Source: a virus (taxonomy: Duplodnaviria; Heunggongvirae; Uroviricota; Caudoviricetes). Taken from it: 21,528 bases of DNA. Shown in pieces: positions 17,436 through 21,528 of the stretch (its first letter is position 1; every line of letters starts with the position of its first letter). The stretch lies in the IMG/VR virus record IMGVR_UViG_2526164668_000015; one strand, written 5' to 3'. The translations under genes were made by a program, and so were the position numbers. Below the pieces are notes generated by a model. The model was not told where the DNA came from, made no database searches, and worked only from the letters and a program-made list of their open reading frames with translations.

Positions 17436-17731
17436 TTCAGGCGCTTCGCGAAGTATGTCGCGGCCTTTTGGAGGATGGCCAGTTCCTCAGCCTGCTCCGC
17501 CAGTTGTCGTTTAAGGCGGACATTTTCAGCGGCCAGTTCGCTTTCGCGCTCTGACGAACTCATTTGTTGCTGCTGTTTACTGCGCCAGGCATAAAGCTGG
17601 GATTCATACAGGCTGAGTTCACGGGCTGCGGCGGCCACACCGATGCGTTCAGCGAGTTTCAGGGCTTCGTTACGAAATTCAGGCGTATGTTGTTTACGGG
17701 GCTTCTTGCTGATTGATACTGGTTTTGTCAT
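17432..17731 (-). CDS. IS3-family OrfA (99 aa, HTH plus leucine zipper)
   Basis: [56 protein letters not shown]...[16 protein letters not shown] closely resembles E. coli IS3 InsE. Confidence 0.92.
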   Translation of the reverse strand: MTKPVSISKKPRKQHTPEFRNEALKLAERIGVAAAARELSLYESQLYAWRSKQQQQMSSSERESELAAENVRLKRQLAEQAEELAILQKAATYFAKRLK

Positions 17732-18049
17732 GAGTCACCTCTGGTTGAGAGTTTACTCACTTAGTCCTGTGTCCACTATTGGTGGGTAAGATCATAAATA
17801 CCCATTCAATACGCTGTATGGCCGCTGAAAGAACATTTTCTTCCGCTATGACTTTTTGTGTACCTCTCATACATAGCCCTGATAAAGCATTCTGATTTAA
17901 CTTTCTGTCAAATACGAGGCAACCAGTCCGTAATCAACCACACAACAAACCAGAACCCCATCATCAGAATCAAATACTCCATGATGACTGAAATACTTAT
18001 TTTCATATCATTACCGCACCCTGATAATATTCAGTACAGAATTATCCCA

Positions 18050-18847
18050 TTACTGATACTCAATACTCACTGGCAGGGACACATTCCAGCGTTCTGTTTT
18101 ATCTCCCCACAGATGTAATTCGCCGGTGTCAGCAATAGTCCGGGCACCATAAACACCTTCAATCTGGCGAAGAGCAGTATCGCTGAAATGGCTTACGCCT
18201 GTCTCTGAACTTACTGACATCGTCGGCAACCACCCCGGACCTTCACCATCAAACATTGACTGCAGTAATCCGGGAATCTGCTCTGTGTTCAGAACATGGG
18301 ACTTATCAGGCAGACCGTTTCCCCCTACATCATCATATATACTGGTATAAGTAACCTGACCGTTACTTACATGCCGCATAAGTCCTGCCGCCTGCATACG
18401 AAACGTAAAATGACCAATCCGATGGCTATCTTCCCCCGTAACAGGCAATGTAACATCTGCAACTCCTGGTGTGGCCCACACCAGAGAAAAATCCTCAATA
18501 CCTTTTCCGAATATAATTCGGGGAGCCAGCCCCTCACGTCCGGCAGGTGTGGTAAGAACTGTTTTTCCCAGTACAAGATTCATGGCAGGCAAAGAAACAG
18601 GAACCACCGTATCTCCACTACGTGAAACCGGAGAATGTTTGACATTCAGGTTTGACTTCCCTTCTCCTATCTTCCACACCCAGGGATTACGGGTACTGGT
18701 TACTGGACCGCCCAGTTTAAGTTCACCACTGAAATCCTGACCGGGTGTATTCCAGGCCAGAACACTGAATGGAAAAAAACAAACAATCAGAAATAACAAA
18801 ACAGAATTCTTCACATTTTTCTCCACTATTGTTTCCCTGCCATTCAT
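18050..18847 (-). CDS. FaeI-like minor fimbrial subunit (FaeG paralogue), about 265 aa
   Basis: The start [31 protein letters not shown] (ATG 18845-18847) overlaps the upstream stop. [23 protein letters not shown] parallels the FaeG N-terminal motif. The C-terminal pilin strand is [12 protein letters not shown]. Confidence 0.8.
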   Translation of the reverse strand: MNGRETIVEKNVKNSVLLFLIVCFFPFSVLAWNTPGQDFSGELKLGGPVTSTRNPWVWKIGEGKSNLNVKHSPVSRSGDTVVPVSLPAMNLVLGKTVLTTPAGREGLAPRIIFGKGIEDFSLVWATPGVADVTLPVTGEDSHRIGHFTFRMQAAGLMRHVSNGQVTYTSIYDDVGGNGLPDKSHVLNTEQIPGLLQSMFDGEGPGWLPTMSVSSETGVSHFSDTALRQIEGVYGARTIADTGELHLWGDKTERWNVSLPVSIEYQ

Positions 18848-19620
18848 TGCACAGTAACCGTAACATTCAGTTTTGCCTGCCACTGAGCAGGTGTCCCTTC
18901 TGCCGGAAGGTGTAATTCAAAATCAGACACAGAAGATGCATAAGCAGCGGCAAGATTTTTGACTCTGCCATCCGCAAGAATCCCCTGACTGATAACCTGC
19001 CCGTTATCCACTGCGCTCATTCCACCACCAAATTTCTGATTCATCAGCAACAATGAAGATAAACGGTTCTTCAGTTCTTGAGGTAAACTACCGGACTGAA
19101 CATTCGTCACACTCTGTCCACTAACCAGTGACATCCCCGCAGGTACCGATACGCCATCCTCCTGGACACCAGTACTGACAGCCATCCCCTGATCAAGGGT
19201 AAAATAAAGTTGCCCTGTCACCTGACCATTTTCAGGATCACTTACCGGGACAGAAGCACGAAAATGTTGTGCAGTGGCACTGTTTCCGTCTGTTACCGTA
19301 AAAGGCTGACCATTACTACTGAACGTGATAAAAGGCGTAAAACCAGGACCACCGCGCTCTGCCACTTCGAACAGATGCCCCTCAAGAAATGGTAATGAAC
19401 CTTTATCATGCAAATCAAAAATAAGCTGCCCATTCTCTGTTAGGGCATCAGCTGTATCCACGGCCCAAGTCTGTCCGGATGAACCTATCTGCCAAGTCCA
19501 TTTAGGTGCCTCATCAGTAACAAAACCATGAAACTGGATTTCACCACCATCAAGGCGCTCAGCATATAATTTCATTGAACATAAAAGAACACATCCAAAA
19601 AGAAAAAAGAATAACAACAA
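18844..19620 (-). CDS. FaeH-like minor fimbrial subunit (FaeG paralogue); the 5' end is apparently frameshifted or uses a TTG start
   Basis: [27 protein letters not shown] and the C-terminal [10 protein letters not shown] fit the FaeG/H/I family. The only ATG with a strong RBS (AGGAG 8 nt upstream, ATG 19632-19634) is out of frame with the ORF. Confidence 0.75.
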   Translation of the reverse strand: MLLFFFLFGCVLLCSMKLYAERLDGGEIQFHGFVTDEAPKWTWQIGSSGQTWAVDTADALTENGQLIFDLHDKGSLPFLEGHLFEVAERGGPGFTPFITFSSNGQPFTVTDGNSATAQHFRASVPVSDPENGQVTGQLYFTLDQGMAVSTGVQEDGVSVPAGMSLVSGQSVTNVQSGSLPQELKNRLSSLLLMNQKFGGGMSAVDNGQVISQGILADGRVKNLAAAYASSVSDFELHLPAEGTPAQWQAKLNVTVTVQ

Positions 19621-19758
19621 CGAACTAAATTCATGCTATTTACTCCTCATCCTTTAAAACAGAAGTCGGATGTATCGTTTTTGGAATAACACTCTCACTA
19701 TAAAACAGTGAGAGTGTTACAAATAATAAATGGTTTCTACTTATTTAAGTTCTGTGCA

Positions 19759-20622
19759 TTAATTGTATGCAACAGTAACATTAAGTGGAATTGACCAATT
19801 GGTTGTATGAGTGACTTTCTGTGTAAAGGTTAAATCAATTTTACTTCCGTTGACTAAACCGAACCCCATACCTGTAGCTGCAGTTGACATTTTTTCAATA
19901 TTAAATCTACTGTTCGCCTCATTTGGGGTTAAAGATTGCATCCATCCCTGATCAGCCCAGTTAGTAACTTGACCTACTCGTCCTTGGAGCTCAGAAACCA
20001 AATCAGACATTCCTAATTGGTTAAGAATATCTTCGGCTGTATCAATATCTGTAGCCTGGTGATTTCCACCAACAAGTCCCGCATATAACGAAGTAGAAAC
20101 ATTGTAATTATCAGAAACGACCAATTTAATACCAGTATCACCACTATCTGGAGTACCATACATCACACCTGCTACACGCGCATCTGTAATTTTTGCCGTA
20201 CCAACAGCTTGGCTATCAGCGTAAACTGGCACACTAAAATCAAACCCTCCATTGTTATTCCAGTTAGTACGAGAGATTTGAATACCATCACCACCACTAA
20301 CAACTACACTCGGCATAACACCTTTAGAATAACTATCAGCAGAATAAATCCCCTTAGTTTTTATAGCCAGAACAGGAATAGCTTCCTGAACAGGCAAAGA
20401 TAATTCGTTACCATTTACCAAGTCGGTACCATTATTAGCGAAATTAGTATAACCACTCCCTGTGGCAACCAGCCATACAGGAGTATCATCTACAGTAATT
20501 GTACCTCCAATAGAAACGGATCCTCCTGCAGAATTTTCCTCCCAAGCACCTAAACCAGCCATAGCAGAACCGGATACCGCAGTAGAGGCAACTACCGCAA
20601 GTGCAATCAACGTCTTTTTCAT
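19759..20622 (-). CDS. FaeG-like major fimbrial subunit/adhesin of a K88 (F4)-family fimbria (287 aa)
   Basis: The N-terminus MKKTLIALAVVAS..., GSVSIGGTITVDD and the C-terminus LTFTQKVTHTTNWSIPLNVTVAYN parallel K88 FaeG (MKKTLIALAIAAS, GSVDIGGSITADD, ATFNQAVTTSTQWSAPLNVAITYY) as I recall it. Confidence 0.88.
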   Translation of the reverse strand: MKKTLIALAVVASTAVSGSAMAGLGAWEENSAGGSVSIGGTITVDDTPVWLVATGSGYTNFANNGTDLVNGNELSLPVQEAIPVLAIKTKGIYSADSYSKGVMPSVVVSGGDGIQISRTNWNNNGGFDFSVPVYADSQAVGTAKITDARVAGVMYGTPDSGDTGIKLVVSDNYNVSTSLYAGLVGGNHQATDIDTAEDILNQLGMSDLVSELQGRVGQVTNWADQGWMQSLTPNEANSRFNIEKMSTAATGMGFGLVNGSKIDLTFTQKVTHTTNWSIPLNVTVAYN

Positions 20623-20843
20623 AAGTTTAATTCCTTCCAGTATATATATTTTATATAGCTGGTAACCCCGTCACAGAATTACCGCAAACCCATCCCTGAA
20701 CAATATATATAAATGTTGCCACATGTATGAATAGTGCAAAACAGAATGGGTTTACGTTATTCCCGTAAAAGCCAACCCTTTACCGCGAAATTATTCAGCG
20801 GACTTCAGTGAATTTATAAAACACAGAATGCAAATACTGATTT

Positions 20844-21335
20844 TTAATTAACGCCCTCCACCTGTAATGCAATCTGAATATTTCCGCGATAATTCACGGG
20901 AATTTCCAGGTCAGCCGGCACATCTGAACGTAACTCAACCTGTTTTTGTGCGTCCGGCACCGTTATCAGAACATCCTCGCCCTGCTGACTGGCATTCAGT
21001 ACAGCCTTTTGCCCATCCACCACCAGGGACGTTTTCAGGGTGATTCTGGCTTCCTGGTTATCCGGTAATACCTGCTTTACTGTGATATAAGCCATACCAC
21101 CGGATGCCGGACGGACTTCTGCATCACGAACCCGTAACTGTACCGGCAATGCATCATCACTCCGGTACAGTACCGGGTCAGTGGGGGTCCGGGTGACTTT
21201 CACCACGCTGTTCCCCACCACCTGACCATTCACCACCCCCAGATATTGCGTTTTCTCACTGTATTCATTTGCATGAACCCCCTGAAAACCGAATGCAGTA
21301 AACAGCAGGCCAGCTATCATCATTTTCTTTTTCAT
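20844..21335 (-). CDS. FaeF-like minor fimbrial subunit (163 aa)
   Basis: Signal peptide MKKKMMIAGLLFTAFGFQGVHA and RBS GGGGAG. It is the same length as FaeF and lies between the chaperone and the major subunit. The C-terminal strand is NIQIALQVEGVN. Confidence 0.75.
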   Translation of the reverse strand: MKKKMMIAGLLFTAFGFQGVHANEYSEKTQYLGVVNGQVVGNSVVKVTRTPTDPVLYRSDDALPVQLRVRDAEVRPASGGMAYITVKQVLPDNQEARITLKTSLVVDGQKAVLNASQQGEDVLITVPDAQKQVELRSDVPADLEIPVNYRGNIQIALQVEGVN

Positions 21336-21377
21336 TTAACTCCCCTTCTGTTCTGTACTCCGGTACGGCGGGATTGA

Positions 21378-21528
21378 TTACGCTGCACTTTTCTGAGGTT
21401 GGACATTTTCATCAACGTTCGTCCCTGCCGTGGATTTCTTCTGATTAATCGTCCAGGTTTTCAGGTCACCATAATCATCCAGGGATTCCACTTTCACCAC
21501 ATTTCCCTTCACCTGCACTTCATCTCCT
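21378..21528 (-). CDS. 3' end of a periplasmic fimbrial chaperone gene (FaeE-like); the 5' part lies beyond the window
   Basis: Hand-translated minus-strand frame open from the window edge: GDEVQVKGNVVKVESLDDYGDLKTWTINQKKSTAGTNVDENVQPQKSAA, with the stop at 21378-21380. Assigned by its position upstream of the faeF-like gene. Confidence 0.6.
   Translation of the reverse strand, partial: GDEVQVKGNVVKVESLDDYGDLKTWTINQKKSTAGTNVDENVQPQKSAA

Larger units (their letters stand above)
16552..17794 (-). mobile_element. IS3-family insertion sequence (IS3-like, 1243 bp) with a defective orfB
   Basis: The terminal inverted repeats are TGATCCTACCCACGTAATGTGGACACGG at 16552 and, as the reverse complement of the end at 17794, TGATCTTACCCACCAATAGTGGACACAGG. 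The orfA/orfB arrangement is typical. The flanking triplets TAC and TAA are not identical. Confidence 0.9.

Noticed and set aside
17858-18118. An 86-aa plus-strand ORF between the IS3-like element and the fimbrial genes.
   Set aside because: It overlaps the 3' end of the FaeI-like gene in antisense. It is AT-rich with no RBS and its composition is implausible.

Overview
The window holds the early half of a defective lambdoid prophage with phage 434 immunity. It is followed by two insertion sequences and the distal part of a K88/F4-type chaperone-usher fimbrial operon.

Prophage, minus strand (pL operon): N, an orphan low-GC gene, ea10, cIII, kil, gam, a frameshifted bet, exo, orf60a, orf63 and a TraR-like zinc-finger gene. 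The cI-hex pair with 434-type operators OL1-3 and OR1-3 is also on the minus strand.

Prophage, plus strand (pR operon): cro, nutR, cII (with antisense oop), O with the ori iterons, P, ren, tR2, ninB, a Dam-like methyltransferase replacing ninC/ninD, ninE, ninF, ninG and the ninI phosphatase.

The lambda-type Q gene is cut off after about 24 codons. It is replaced by an AT-rich module carrying an LpxR-family outer-membrane gene on the opposite strand, a heterologous Q-like gene, a near-consensus late promoter and a short terminated leader. The first late-operon genes are AT-rich membrane-protein ORFs broken at two T7 tracts. IS1 (15069-15837, no target duplication) then ends the prophage, so no lysis or morphogenesis genes are present.

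A 714-bp AT-rich non-coding stretch separates IS1 from an IS3-family element whose orfB is frameshifted. From 18050 to the right edge, on the minus strand, lie FaeI-, FaeH-, FaeG- and FaeF-like subunit genes and the 3' end of a FaeE-like chaperone gene.

The best candidate for something new is the 289-293 aa low-GC gene at 3686-4567. It is tightly coupled to N, sits where lambda has sieB and ral, and shows colinear motif resemblance (by eye only) to the N-terminal half of TnpB/IS605 OrfB.

Caveat: several frame disruptions lie in or near short homopolymers, so sequencing error cannot be excluded. No tRNA, rRNA or CRISPR array was seen.
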